Under the pieces are notes generated by a model. The model saw only the letters and a list, made by a program, of their open reading frames with translations. It had not been told where the DNA came from and did no database searches. A DNA stretch of 45,027 nucleotides, from positions 1-45,027 of IMG/VR virus record IMGVR_UViG_3300033485_000032; one strand, given 5' to 3'. The DNA comes from a virus. Its lineage: Duplodnaviria > Caudoviricetes. Below, piece by piece: positions 18,102-26,812 of the stretch (positions within the stretch are counted from its first letter, which is position 1; each line of letters starts with the position of its first letter). Both the position numbers and the translations under genes were made by a program.

Positions 18102-18299
18102 TTACCCCTCCCCATCTTGGCCGTCCTCAAGGCCCTCGTCATAGCCCTCTTGCCGGGCGTGCTTGAGGCACGTCTTGCAAGGCTCTACGAGTACAACTGT
18201 TTCCCAACGCTTTACCTCAACTGTGACTGTTAAGGTATCGTTGCACTGGTTGCACTGCGCTTCAAATTCTGCAACGGCGGTCGTCTCGATCTTTGCCAT
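18102..18299 (-). CDS. Small zinc-binding hypothetical protein
   Basis: CNQC...CKTC; AAGGAG RBS. Confidence 0.65.
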   Translation of the reverse strand: MAKIETTAVAEFEAQCNQCNDTLTVTVEVKRWETVVLVEPCKTCLKHARQEGYDEGLEDGQDGEG

Positions 18300-18301
18300 C
18301 T

Positions 18302-19147
18302 TTACTTCTCCTTGACCAAGCGGTAATCACCGTCAAAATTTTTCACGCACCTGCAACGCCCGTCGCGGATGCGGCTACACAGAAACGGCGGCAACGTCTC
18401 GGGAGGAGCGTTCATTGCCAGCAGGGTGTACACCTGCTCCCCGCCCTCTACGCCCCGGTTGTACCTATCCCCCACCAGTTCGCCCAAGACCTCCACGCCC
18501 CACTTGTCCGACCCGTCCGCCCTGGTCCCAAACGCTTTTTCAAACTCGTCCAGGGCCAGAAAGCGCACGCGGCGCAGCAGGGCCAGCCGGTCACTCACGT
18601 CCTGAGCATCGCCGATCCCTGCCCGCAGCCAATCCATCAGCCGGACGGCGGTCGTGTAGAGACGGGAAAGCCGGGGGTCGGCCTGGTTCACCAGGGCTTG
18701 CAGCACGAGCGTCTTGGCGTTTCCCGGCGTACCCCAGGCGGTAAACATCTTCACATTTCCGCGCTGAACGTCCCAGGCCGCGCCGACCATTGCCCGCGTG
18801 AACCCCCCGTCTACGCCCCGGTCAATGATGCTGTCGAAAGTGACCGATCCTGTGCTCATTGCGGGGCCGTCTTTGCCTGAAAGCAATCCCTCCAAGTGGC
18901 GAGCGCGAGCGGCCAGGGAGCACTCGCATGGACCAATAACACGGAAAGGTGAGCTGCCATTCCACACCACACCCAGGCCCCCGCAGTCGGGGCAATCCTG
19001 GTCGGCGAACGAATCAGCCGGCCCCACTTGCGGCGATCTCGCGGGCGCGCCTGCGCTCTCGCTCGACGCGCTGCTGAGTAGCGGCGTCATCTGCTCCCGC
19101 AATCCCGCCGCTGCCTGCGCCAGCGTTTGCAGTTTTCCACGATCCAT
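18302..19147 (-). CDS. DnaC/IstB-like AAA+ helicase loader
   Basis: N-terminal CPDC..G...CEC zinc motif, variant Walker A GTPGNAKT, Walker B LALDE, and DRY and SRI motifs; directly after the initiator gene; GGAGG RBS before 19147. Confidence 0.85.
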   Translation of the reverse strand: MDRGKLQTLAQAAAGLREQMTPLLSSASSESAGAPARSPQVGPADSFADQDCPDCGGLGVVWNGSSPFRVIGPCECSLAARARHLEGLLSGKDGPAMSTGSVTFDSIIDRGVDGGFTRAMVGAAWDVQRGNVKMFTAWGTPGNAKTLVLQALVNQADPRLSRLYTTAVRLMDWLRAGIGDAQDVSDRLALLRRVRFLALDEFEKAFGTRADGSDKWGVEVLGELVGDRYNRGVEGGEQVYTLLAMNAPPETLPPFLCSRIRDGRCRCVKNFDGDYRLVKEK

Positions 19148-20246
19148 TTTTTCCTCCGTTTCTCGCCTTCTCCTGCTCGGCCCGCACGACCTGCACCGGG
19201 TCCTCTCCCCTGCCCATAGCCGCAACGATTGTGGCTATTGACTGCGCGATTTCGGCAGGCACGCCCTTACTGTACAGCGTCGTCGCCCCCTCGCGCCAGT
19301 TGGTGACGCCCCATAACCGGACGCCCCATTCTATCTGCTCAGGCGTCACCTCGCTGAACCGCCTGACTATCTTCTCGGAACACACCCGCCGTTCATCAGC
19401 GGTATGCGTGATAAGCCCCCTCGGAACATCGTCCAGGCCGTCCAGCGCGTCGAAAACGGCGGCAACGAGGGGGCTGTCAAGGTCTTCCTGGTGTGGCGTC
19501 CTGTCACCCTTGCGCATCTTTTTCCCAACGCCGACTGTACCGGGGGGGAAATCGGCCTTGAACCGCTCGACGGCCTCGGCGTCACGTTTTGCCTGAGAAC
19601 TTGGGGAGTGGGGCGGTTGGTATTCTTGGTGTCCTTCCTGTATCACTGGTATTCCCCCGGCACCGGTGCCGGGGTTTTGCGGCCTGTGTGCATGGGTTTC
19701 CCCATTCTGTGCATGGGTTTTGCGGCCTGTGTGCATGGGTTCCGCATCGCCGTCATTACTCCAATCACATGCACTGTCGCCGGTGTTTTCCAACTCTCCC
19801 ACTTTGGCGAGCATCGCGTCCCACTTTTCCAGGTCGTCTTGTTCATCTGAAACGGCGGCCTCTTGGGGGGTGTTTTTTATCCTCTCCACCAAAGCGGCCA
19901 TGACGCGCTCGATCTCCGATTTCCGTATCCTGCGCTCAATGAGGATACGGGCCAGGTCCCCGACGTGTTCAGCCGATAGCCACAGGGGGACGTAAATGTA
20001 GACGCTGCTGACGTGCGCCCCGCTCCCCTGCGCCACAATCCAAAGCCCCTCGCGCTCCAACTCGCGCACAGCCCGGCGCGCATTGTCCGGGGTGACGTTG
20101 GCGACCTGCCCCAAGAACTCCATCCCCGGAAAACAGACGCCGGTGTTGTCGTCCGCCTTGACAGCCAGGGCCAGGGATATAGAGATTGCAGCCCCGGTTA
20201 CAGTTCGCGTCTTCGTGGCCTGGTGGTTGAAAATGCTATACCCCAT
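19014..20246 (-). CDS. Phage replication initiator (N-terminal HTH, lambda O-like layout)
   Basis: ALAVKADD..GVCFPG..FL...A.V.....RRAVRELEREG is an HTH-type N-terminus; internal iterons; followed by a DnaC-like gene. Confidence 0.8.
   Translation of the reverse strand: MGYSIFNHQATKTRTVTGAAISISLALAVKADDNTGVCFPGMEFLGQVANVTPDNARRAVRELEREGLWIVAQGSGAHVSSVYIYVPLWLSAEHVGDLARILIERRIRKSEIERVMAALVERIKNTPQEAAVSDEQDDLEKWDAMLAKVGELENTGDSACDWSNDGDAEPMHTGRKTHAQNGETHAHRPQNPGTGAGGIPVIQEGHQEYQPPHSPSSQAKRDAEAVERFKADFPPGTVGVGKKMRKGDRTPHQEDLDSPLVAAVFDALDGLDDVPRGLITHTADERRVCSEKIVRRFSEVTPEQIEWGVRLWGVTNWREGATTLYSKGVPAEIAQSIATIVAAMGRGEDPVQVVRAEQEKARNGGKNGSWKTANAGAGSGGIAGADDAATQQRVERERRRAREIAASGAG
19655..19741. repeat. 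Putative replication origin: iterons plus perfect palindrome
   Basis: tgtgcatgggtt at 19687, 19708 and 19730; 27-bp repeat at 19672 and 19715; palindrome ccccggcaccggtgccgggg at 19655-19674. Confidence 0.75.
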
Positions 20247-20287
20247 CTATACCCCCTCCCCTACCTTTAACGGCGGCAAGTCGGCGG

Positions 20288-21406
20288 TCACTTGGCGGCC
20301 TCCTCTATTTGTGCAAGTTGTTCCAAGCAGGGGACGGCAAAATCCATATCATCTGCTACCCGTTTGTTTATTTTCTCCCTGTCTTCTTCTATATACCATT
20401 TAACGGTTGATTGTTGTAGGTGTTCTCCTAGTTCATGTGCTTCCCGCTCCTGATCGCGGGAGTATTCCCGTAGCATTCTAGCCATCCTCGCCGCCTCCGC
20501 CGCCGTTCGGGGCGCTTGGTTCGGTGCGGGCGTCTCACCAGCGTCGAGGCGGGCGGTGGTGTCAAACTCCTCTAGCGCCTTAGCAGCTTCATCAATTCCA
20601 TAATCCAAATCGCTTCCAGGCTTACATGAGGCATCCTCTCTAACCACTTCCAGTAAGTACCGCAACGCCGCTACAACCTCGCTCGACGGGGGCGCAGCGT
20701 TCGGCGCGGGCGTCTCACCATATCCAATTTCTTTCAGCGTGCTGTATGCCCGACTCATAAGGCCGTCAACCGTGACTCCTCCCCCAGAGGATAATCTTTC
20801 AAGAAATGGAACCGACTGTATTTTTTCCAGTTCCTCTAAAAACTCTCGAAATGCCGCCACTGCATCTATATTGGCGGACGGTCTGGTAGGCGCTGGCGTA
20901 TCACCGGCGTCATATTGAGCAAGTGCTTGACGTGCTATTTCGCGTCTGTTGATTACGGCGCTTTCATAGTCAGAACCATCGGTAGCGCCATGAGCGTTCA
21001 AAATGTCGAGGAGACCTCGCAAAGCTAACACAACCCCATGGGGGTGCGGCACGGATACTGGTGCGGGCGCAGCGGGGGCGGCTGGCGGGGTGTAGGGGAT
21101 GCACCGACTGTACGCATCTTCCTGCAGGGGACAAAAGTCAATCAAGTCGTTGGGGCTGTCATGGTAGTGTGGCTTGCTTGCACCGTGACATTGCGGATCG
21201 GGGCATGTTTCCGCTCGTCCACAAACCCACAGTTGGGATGCGGCTGGCGCAACCTGTGGCGCTGCCGTGCGGTCGAGGAGTTGGCGCAGCATGTCCATTG
21301 TCGCCAGCAGTCCCTTGAGCATCGCAAAAGTGGCGGACAATCTGCACTCTTGCCCCGCTTGAGTATCCACTATCTGGCGGATATAGTTAATCTCATCACT
21401 GTCCAT
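20288..21406 (-). CDS. Modular hypothetical protein (Cys/His domain plus three helical repeats)
   Basis: AAAGGAG RBS before 21406; three modules each ending G(D/E)TPAP. Confidence 0.7.
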   Translation of the reverse strand: MDSDEINYIRQIVDTQAGQECRLSATFAMLKGLLATMDMLRQLLDRTAAPQVAPAASQLWVCGRAETCPDPQCHGASKPHYHDSPNDLIDFCPLQEDAYSRCIPYTPPAAPAAPAPVSVPHPHGVVLALRGLLDILNAHGATDGSDYESAVINRREIARQALAQYDAGDTPAPTRPSANIDAVAAFREFLEELEKIQSVPFLERLSSGGGVTVDGLMSRAYSTLKEIGYGETPAPNAAPPSSEVVAALRYLLEVVREDASCKPGSDLDYGIDEAAKALEEFDTTARLDAGETPAPNQAPRTAAEAARMARMLREYSRDQEREAHELGEHLQQSTVKWYIEEDREKINKRVADDMDFAVPCLEQLAQIEEAAK

Positions 21407-21437
21407 CGGTCTCCTTTCTCGCCCTGTGGCGCAACTG

Positions 21438-21507
21438 TGGGGCCGGGCGGAATCGAACCGCCTCATTACATCCCGGAAATGCCGCTCTCCCCTTGAGCTA
21501 CAGCCCC
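21438..21507 (-). tRNA. tRNA-like RNA / pseudo-tRNA with shortened anticodon arm (possible anticodon CCG)
   Basis: GGGGCTG TA GCTC AAGGGGA GAGC ... GGCGG TTCGATT CCGCC CGGCCCC A. Acceptor, D and T arms are canonical; the anticodon arm is short and imperfect. Confidence 0.7.
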
Positions 21508-22296
21508 CTACTTTTCCGCGAAAAACCTTCCCAACTCTGGCGGGAACTCTCTCGGCTGGCTACCATCCGGCAAGGTGTAGCCGCCGAATGCGCCGTCAAT
21601 CTTCTTTGTCCCGCCAAGTTGCTTCAGGAAAAACGGGACGCTAAACATAGCGCACTCCTCGCGCATTATCGGGAACCACAGAGGATTTGCTGGCCGCGCC
21701 CCCGGCCCGCTTTCTCCCCCGGCAATGAACCAGCCAAACTTGCCGTCGCTGAACAACTCTCTCAACAGTTTGTTTGGACCCGCGCACTCTATCGCAGGCT
21801 CGTAACTGATAAACCGCTGATTCCCGTACACCGGTATCCCCGCCAACGTCTCAGCCCGGCCCACATAGTCCACGCTCTCCACTGTGACGCCAAGCCACAC
21901 ATTCGGCCATCCCGCTCCCCAATCTGGCGGTAGCATGCGGCTGATGTTTTCGGGGCGCTTTGTGAGGATAAGGTAGGTGTGTTGGGGGGATTGGCGTATC
22001 AATTCCCATGCTTCCTGGCGGCAATCCTCCATAAACTCAAAGTCCCATTCGCTTAGATCAAATCCGTCAAGAAAGAAATCACTGAGACTGCAAACGAAGA
22101 TCAGCCTAGACTCTTTCCATCCCAACGGCGCGTAGAACGTGGTGTCGGCAGCCCGCGTCACCTGTGAGAAGTCGCGCCCTGTGCGCTTTGCCCACCTCTC
22201 GGCGTAGCAGTTAGCGCAGCCCGCCGAAATACGCCTGCAACCGTACCAGGGGTTCCACGTAGCATTCGTCCATTGGATACCAGTTTTAGCGGCCAT
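21508..22296 (-). CDS. DUF5131 / phage gp37-gp68 family protein
   Basis: TGIQWTNATWNPWYGCRRISAGCANCYA, ILTKRPE, NVWLGVTVE, GGESGPGARP and PFFLKQLGG. Confidence 0.92.
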   Translation of the reverse strand: MAAKTGIQWTNATWNPWYGCRRISAGCANCYAERWAKRTGRDFSQVTRAADTTFYAPLGWKESRLIFVCSLSDFFLDGFDLSEWDFEFMEDCRQEAWELIRQSPQHTYLILTKRPENISRMLPPDWGAGWPNVWLGVTVESVDYVGRAETLAGIPVYGNQRFISYEPAIECAGPNKLLRELFSDGKFGWFIAGGESGPGARPANPLWFPIMREECAMFSVPFFLKQLGGTKKIDGAFGGYTLPDGSQPREFPPELGRFFAEK

Positions 22297-22612
22297 GCAC
22301 TCTCTCCCACTCCCCATACTTCCATTCCCAATGCCACTTTTTACCGCCGCGTCCTGGCGGCTTTATCTGCGTTATCGTCTCTACAAATTTCCATTCTGAT
22401 ATGTCCAAATGGACAAATTGGCTATCCTGTGTCCTCACGATAACCTTACCAACTGTGAAATTGTCCCACAACGTAGCGCCGAGTAAGCCGTGATACCTGG
22501 AATCCGTCTCCATAGTAGAGACAAATGTTTCTACAATCCGTTCCGGCTTAGATTGAGAAACCGTCACCCGTTGGATTGCAAGAAAACCATCGTGGTCAAT
22601 TATTGTCGCCAT
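22286..22612 (-). CDS. Hypothetical protein
   Basis: AAAGGAG RBS before MATII at 22612; AT-richer than flanks. Confidence 0.65.
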   Translation of the reverse strand: MATIIDHDGFLAIQRVTVSQSKPERIVETFVSTMETDSRYHGLLGATLWDNFTVGKVIVRTQDSQFVHLDISEWKFVETITQIKPPGRGGKKWHWEWKYGEWERVHGR

Positions 22613-22775
22613 CGTTTTCTCCTTTGACGCAAAAGCGCCTTTTCTCTGCGTCTGGTCGCCGGTCGCGGTTCCCGGACATGCTTGGGTACGGCTTCCAGCG
22701 CAGAGAAAAAGCGCCCTGCTGCAAGTCACCTTTGGCCCGCGACGGCCAGCCGGGGATTGCTCCCCCGACACGCTC

Positions 22776-22804
22776 ATTCTACCACAAGTCGCCTCGGTTG
22801 TCAA
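22776..22804 (-). promoter_or_regulatory. Sigma70-type promoter
   Basis: TTGACA-17 nt-TAGAAT with extended -10 TG, in an intergenic gap. Confidence 0.8.
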
Positions 22805-22935
22805 GTTTGGCGGCGCGGGCGTCCGCGCCGCCGTGAGCGTAGCCAGCCAAATGCAGGCCGGACGCCCGGCCACGCCGCCATTGAGATTTGCGGCTAAACG
22901 GGCGGCGGGAGTTGCACCCGCGCGCTGTGCGCCAG

Positions 22936-24027
22936 TCATTCCTCACCGTCCTGTGGAAGGCACGGTTTTCTACCATAAATATGGAAGTAGTATTCGCAAT
23001 TTGGATGCCAGGGGTGTGGGGTTTCTGTCCAGCAAGTGCCAGCACAAGTGACCAAGCATATATACAATCCGGGGTGTTCTTCACCGTCCTGGACACGGAC
23101 GCATGGCCTGCCCATCGCGTTACCACACCTTAGAGTGGTATCGGAGCACGCCGGTATCCAGTGATGCCGATTCTTTGCGGCGCAATCTCGTGGGCATGTC
23201 TTAGCGTCCGGGCAGACATACAAGCCGGGGTGTTCCTCGACGTGCTCCTCAGCTACCGGCGGCGTCTCGGTCGTTGTTGCTGGCAGGACTTGGCGACACA
23301 GGCCGCATCTCGTCTCGTCCGAGCATCCGGTAGAATGGAAGTGGTAGACGCCCCCGGAGCACACCATCACCGCCCGCGTCGTCATGCTGCTATTCCTCTT
23401 CGTGTGATGGCACCCGCCCGAGACGTGGTACTGGCAATGACCGCCGCTCCCATCGTTTCCGGCCAGGACGTGGCGCAACGATTCCTCCAACGTCTGTACC
23501 CCCTCCTGCAAAAGCAGGTTGCTTTCCACCAGCGCGTCCATGTCCGCTGCCTGTCCAGCCGCCTCGTTTACCAGCGCGTCCCCGTCTCCCAACGAATAGA
23601 GAACCGCTTGCGCTCTGTCCAGGATTCCATCGGTATAGGACCCCTGGCGTGCCGCCGCCGCATAATCTCTCAGCAACGTGCGCAAGGTATCTTCCAGGAG
23701 TTGCGCCCGCTCCCGCGCCTCAGCTAGTTGGGCGACCAGGGTGGCACGCTCACCCAATAACTTGCGGCAACCTTTAATCAGCTTGCTATTATTATTATAC
23801 ATGTTTAATGTTCTTGATGTAAGTTCTTCTAATTGTGATTCAGCAGTGCATGCCCGCTCCCGCTCCTCAGCGAGTTGGGCGGCTAGGGCGTCGCGCTTTG
23901 CAATCGCGGCGTCGCGCTCCTCTATTGCCCCATCTATGCACAAGGATGAACTCTCGTAGCTTTCCCACTGCCCATGCGTTTTGCACCATCGCGCCCCGTC
24001 TACAAATTCCCACTTGCAAGTGCTCAT
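22936..24027 (-). CDS. Coiled-coil protein with C-terminal tandem Cys/His-rich repeats
   Basis: GGAGGG RBS before MSTCK at 24027; two EEHPGLY(V/I)C...C...C...H.W...C...G(R)PC..QDGEE modules. Confidence 0.7.
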   Translation of the reverse strand: MSTCKWEFVDGARWCKTHGQWESYESSSLCIDGAIEERDAAIAKRDALAAQLAEERERACTAESQLEELTSRTLNMYNNNSKLIKGCRKLLGERATLVAQLAEARERAQLLEDTLRTLLRDYAAAARQGSYTDGILDRAQAVLYSLGDGDALVNEAAGQAADMDALVESNLLLQEGVQTLEESLRHVLAGNDGSGGHCQYHVSGGCHHTKRNSSMTTRAVMVCSGGVYHFHSTGCSDETRCGLCRQVLPATTTETPPVAEEHVEEHPGLYVCPDAKTCPRDCAAKNRHHWIPACSDTTLRCGNAMGRPCVRVQDGEEHPGLYICLVTCAGTCWTETPHPWHPNCEYYFHIYGRKPCLPQDGEE

Positions 24028-24416
24028 TCTATCACCCTCCCCGGTTTGCACGCGAACCGCTCGCCGCCCTGATCGTCCGGCTCCCACTCGCGCCCCCCGG
24101 TTGGCAGGAAGGTCGGCGGCGGCTCCGCGTGCTCGTCGGCCCACTCGCACCACTGGCGGGAAAATCGTGCGGGGCTGTCGGCGTCAAGCAGGTCGTTGGC
24201 AAATAGAGATATGACCTTATCGCTCATCCACACGCCAACAGTTGCTATGATGCGGGTGACACGTTCAATGTCGCCGGTTTTGGCGTAGAACACCCTGGCG
24301 ACATCTACCCCCGTTTCTAGCGAGAGCAGCGGGAACTGGTTGCCGTGCATACCGATAATCTCTGTGGCGTGCTCCTCGATTTGCTCAAACGCTTGCAGCC
24401 AGGTCATTGTGGTCAT
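24024..24416 (-). CDS. Hypothetical protein
   Basis: ATGA overlaps with both neighbours; GGGGAG RBS. Confidence 0.6.
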   Translation of the reverse strand: MTTMTWLQAFEQIEEHATEIIGMHGNQFPLLSLETGVDVARVFYAKTGDIERVTRIIATVGVWMSDKVISLFANDLLDADSPARFSRQWCEWADEHAEPPPTFLPTGGREWEPDDQGGERFACKPGRVIE

Positions 24417-24754
24417 TCGCTCCCCCCTTCTGGTAGCCTGCCTGTCTCTATTGCGTCGGCCAGCCAACCCCACCGTTTGTAATTCTCCATCACGTCGCCC
24501 GCAAGCTCCAGGTGTTGGCGAAACTCTTTGGCAGACAGTTTTAGGACGTGCTCGCCAAGTTTTTGCAGCGCATCTAACAAATCCTGCTCAAGAAGCCTCA
24601 CAGACCTCTCGTTCCCCTCTATGGATTTTATCACCCATACCAACGTGCGGTACTCATCTAGCGCGCCTCCCTCAAGCGCACCACCCGTTTCATTTTGGAG
24701 AACACCAATCCGTTCCCGGACATCTTTGAGAAGCATATCACCCAAAGCGGTCAT
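24413..24754 (-). CDS. Hypothetical helical protein
   Basis: GGAGG RBS; ATGA coupling. Confidence 0.65.
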   Translation of the reverse strand: MTALGDMLLKDVRERIGVLQNETGGALEGGALDEYRTLVWVIKSIEGNERSVRLLEQDLLDALQKLGEHVLKLSAKEFRQHLELAGDVMENYKRWGWLADAIETGRLPEGGSE

Positions 24755-25164
24755 TTCAACGCCTCCGCAACCGCCGCCTGGAACCCCGCCAGGTCGTCGT
24801 CCTGAATCAAGTCGGCCAAGTCGTGGCCGGCCAGCAGGCCGTCTGGCAGCGCGGCGTCCTCGACGTACTGGCGAACGGCGTCGGCAACGTCGCCGAGGAG
24901 AAACTGCTGCAGCTCCTGTTGTGCAACCGAAACCCAGGAGGCCGCCGGAAGGCGGGCCGTCATGCTGGCAAGGTGTTTGAGCGCCCCGTCCATGCGCTCG
25001 TAACGCGCCCGGGCATCGCCGAACGCCCCCTCCGTGAAGTTCAATAGTTTGCGCAGTACGTACAGGATTGTCATCACTGGCAGCGCGGGCTTGGCGTCAA
25101 GTTTCTCAATCGCCGCCGCCAGTGCGTCGGCCCAGGTCGTGTGGGTAGGGGTGGGGGTGGTCAT
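24751..25164 (-). CDS. Hypothetical protein
   Basis: ATGA coupling at both ends. Confidence 0.65.
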   Translation of the reverse strand: MTTPTPTHTTWADALAAAIEKLDAKPALPVMTILYVLRKLLNFTEGAFGDARARYERMDGALKHLASMTARLPAASWVSVAQQELQQFLLGDVADAVRQYVEDAALPDGLLAGHDLADLIQDDDLAGFQAAVAEALK

Positions 25165-25340
25165 GGCTTCACTTCCTTGTGCAGTTCTACAAAGCGCGGG
25201 TCGTGGTCAAGCGAGTCCTGCATGAATGCCGCGAGAACCATCTGACCGCCAATGTCGCCGGGGCACTGCTTGCGGATGTAAAGCGCGGCCTCGATCTGCA
25301 CGTCCTCGTACTGTTCTTGAAGCGTCCGTTCGTCACTCAT
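25161..25340 (-). CDS. Hypothetical 59-aa protein (not in ORF track)
   Basis: AAAGGAG RBS; reads MSDERTLQEQYEDVQIEAALYIRK...ELHKEVKP; ATGA overlap with next gene. Confidence 0.65.
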   Translation of the reverse strand: MSDERTLQEQYEDVQIEAALYIRKQCPGDIGGQMVLAAFMQDSLDHDPRFVELHKEVKP

Positions 25341-25549
25341 TTTGCTCCTTTAATGCAGAAAGCCACAGTCATGGGTAAGGCCCCTTTACAACCAACCCGG
25401 GGCCAGCGGGCAGCAGGCCCCCCAGGGGGAGCCTTGCCCATGACTGTGGCTTTCTTGATTTTTGAACTCAGATTCAGCTTGTTCATTTGGTTTTTCCTGG
25501 TCTACTGCGCTCACGTTGGCGGTTGCCCAATTCCGCCGCGCCTACTCAT

Positions 25550-25577
25550 ATTATAGCGCGTTCTCGGATTCTGTCAA
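25550..25577 (-). promoter_or_regulatory. Sigma70-type promoter
   Basis: TTGACA-16 nt-TATAAT (both hexamers perfect), overlapping the end of the upstream gene. Confidence 0.8.
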
Positions 25578-26183
25578 GTCGCCCCGCTCGCCGACCTGTG
25601 CCTGTGCGAGTTCCAACAAAAACCGCGCCAAGTTCTCTACATCGTTTGCAGCGGATTCCATTTGGTTGTAGGCGCGGTAAAGGTTTCGCGTCTCTGCCGG
25701 TGTATTACCCCCGACCCGTGCCCGATCCTCTGCCATACGCGCCTGGTTCTCTACATAGTCCGCCAGCACTTGGGCGATCTCGGCGGCCCTCTTTGCCGTC
25801 TCGATCTCGACGTCCTGGTAGAGTGGATTGTCGAGCAGGTCTAAAATAAGGCGCTTTAGCTCGGCAAAGTTTTTCAAGTCTCCTTCCGTCATGCCGCTGC
25901 CCGCCATCCTGTTGTCCAGCGCGCCAAGCAACTCCCGCACCCGCGCCGTGTGTTCGCTGGCGGGGGAAACCTCGCTATCCCCGACAACCGGCTCCGACCA
26001 CTTCCCGCCCGCTGTGAACACCACCTGCGATTCGGAGGCCAGCAAGGTCGCCTGGGTCAAGAGAAGCACGGCGCGGGCTGTCTGCAACTCAGCGTAATCT
26101 CTCCCGCTCGCCATCCTCTCCAGTATGGCGATCTCTCCGAACACCCCGAAGATCTCTTTTTCCAGGCTTTCTCTTGTTATCAT
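25551..26183 (-). CDS. Hypothetical helical protein
   Basis: AAGGAG RBS, 210 aa. Confidence 0.7.
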   Translation of the reverse strand: MITRESLEKEIFGVFGEIAILERMASGRDYAELQTARAVLLLTQATLLASESQVVFTAGGKWSEPVVGDSEVSPASEHTARVRELLGALDNRMAGSGMTEGDLKNFAELKRLILDLLDNPLYQDVEIETAKRAAEIAQVLADYVENQARMAEDRARVGGNTPAETRNLYRAYNQMESAANDVENLARFLLELAQAQVGERGDLTESENAL

Positions 26184-26405
26184 TTTTCTTCTCCTTCTTT
26201 AATTTTAAGGTGTACGATTCTGCTTTCTTGAAATTCTTCACCCCGCCAGCCAGCGCATTCGCATCCCCCACCAGAGCGATCACGTACCCAGACCTGGGGC
26301 CTCCCTGGATTACGGTGCCGGTCAACTCCTCTCCTTCCGCCGTCATGAAGGCGACGGACTCACCCATCGCCAGAAGCGGGCCGGGTATGAGGATGGGCTG
26401 GTTAC

Positions 26406-26807
26406 TCACCGCCCACCACCACCCCACAAAACGTCTGGCGTTTCCTCCCCCGGGTCTCCACCAACGACGGTACCACCAGACGCCGCCGCTATCGCGTCAA
26501 TCTCTTCCTCGTCTTGCAGGACGTACCGCAGCAACTTCTCAGCCGCCGCGTTCGGGTTGCTCACATTCAAGCGCGAGGCCAGCCCGCGCAACTTGGCCTG
26601 CTCCTCGCCGCTTAAAACGATCTGCTCGACGTAATGATTGACGCGGAACAGGTAGGCGTCAATGGCGTCTCGCACCAGAGCGATCATGGGCCGCCCCTCG
26701 ACCGCCGCTTGTGTTTTCAGGTCGGCGTGTTGGCCGACCTCGATATAGAACTGGCAGGGCTTGAACAAGTCCACCTGGCCGTCAACGTACTGCGTTTTGT
26801 TCGCCAT
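26406..26807 (-). CDS. Putative tandem ribbon-helix-helix transcription regulator
   Basis: QFYIE..QH..LK..A..EGR.M..LVRDAIDAYL is CopG-like; a second similar unit starts QIVLSGEEQAKLRGLA. Confidence 0.6.
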   Translation of the reverse strand: MANKTQYVDGQVDLFKPCQFYIEVGQHADLKTQAAVEGRPMIALVRDAIDAYLFRVNHYVEQIVLSGEEQAKLRGLASRLNVSNPNAAAEKLLRYVLQDEEEIDAIAAASGGTVVGGDPGEETPDVLWGGGGR

Positions 26808-26812
26808 CGCTC

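Noticed and set aside
22936-23240. Possible diversity-generating retroelement TR/VR pair in the tandem Cys/His repeats
   Set aside because: The copies differ at all base types and in length rather than only at adenines, and no reverse transcriptase is recognisable.
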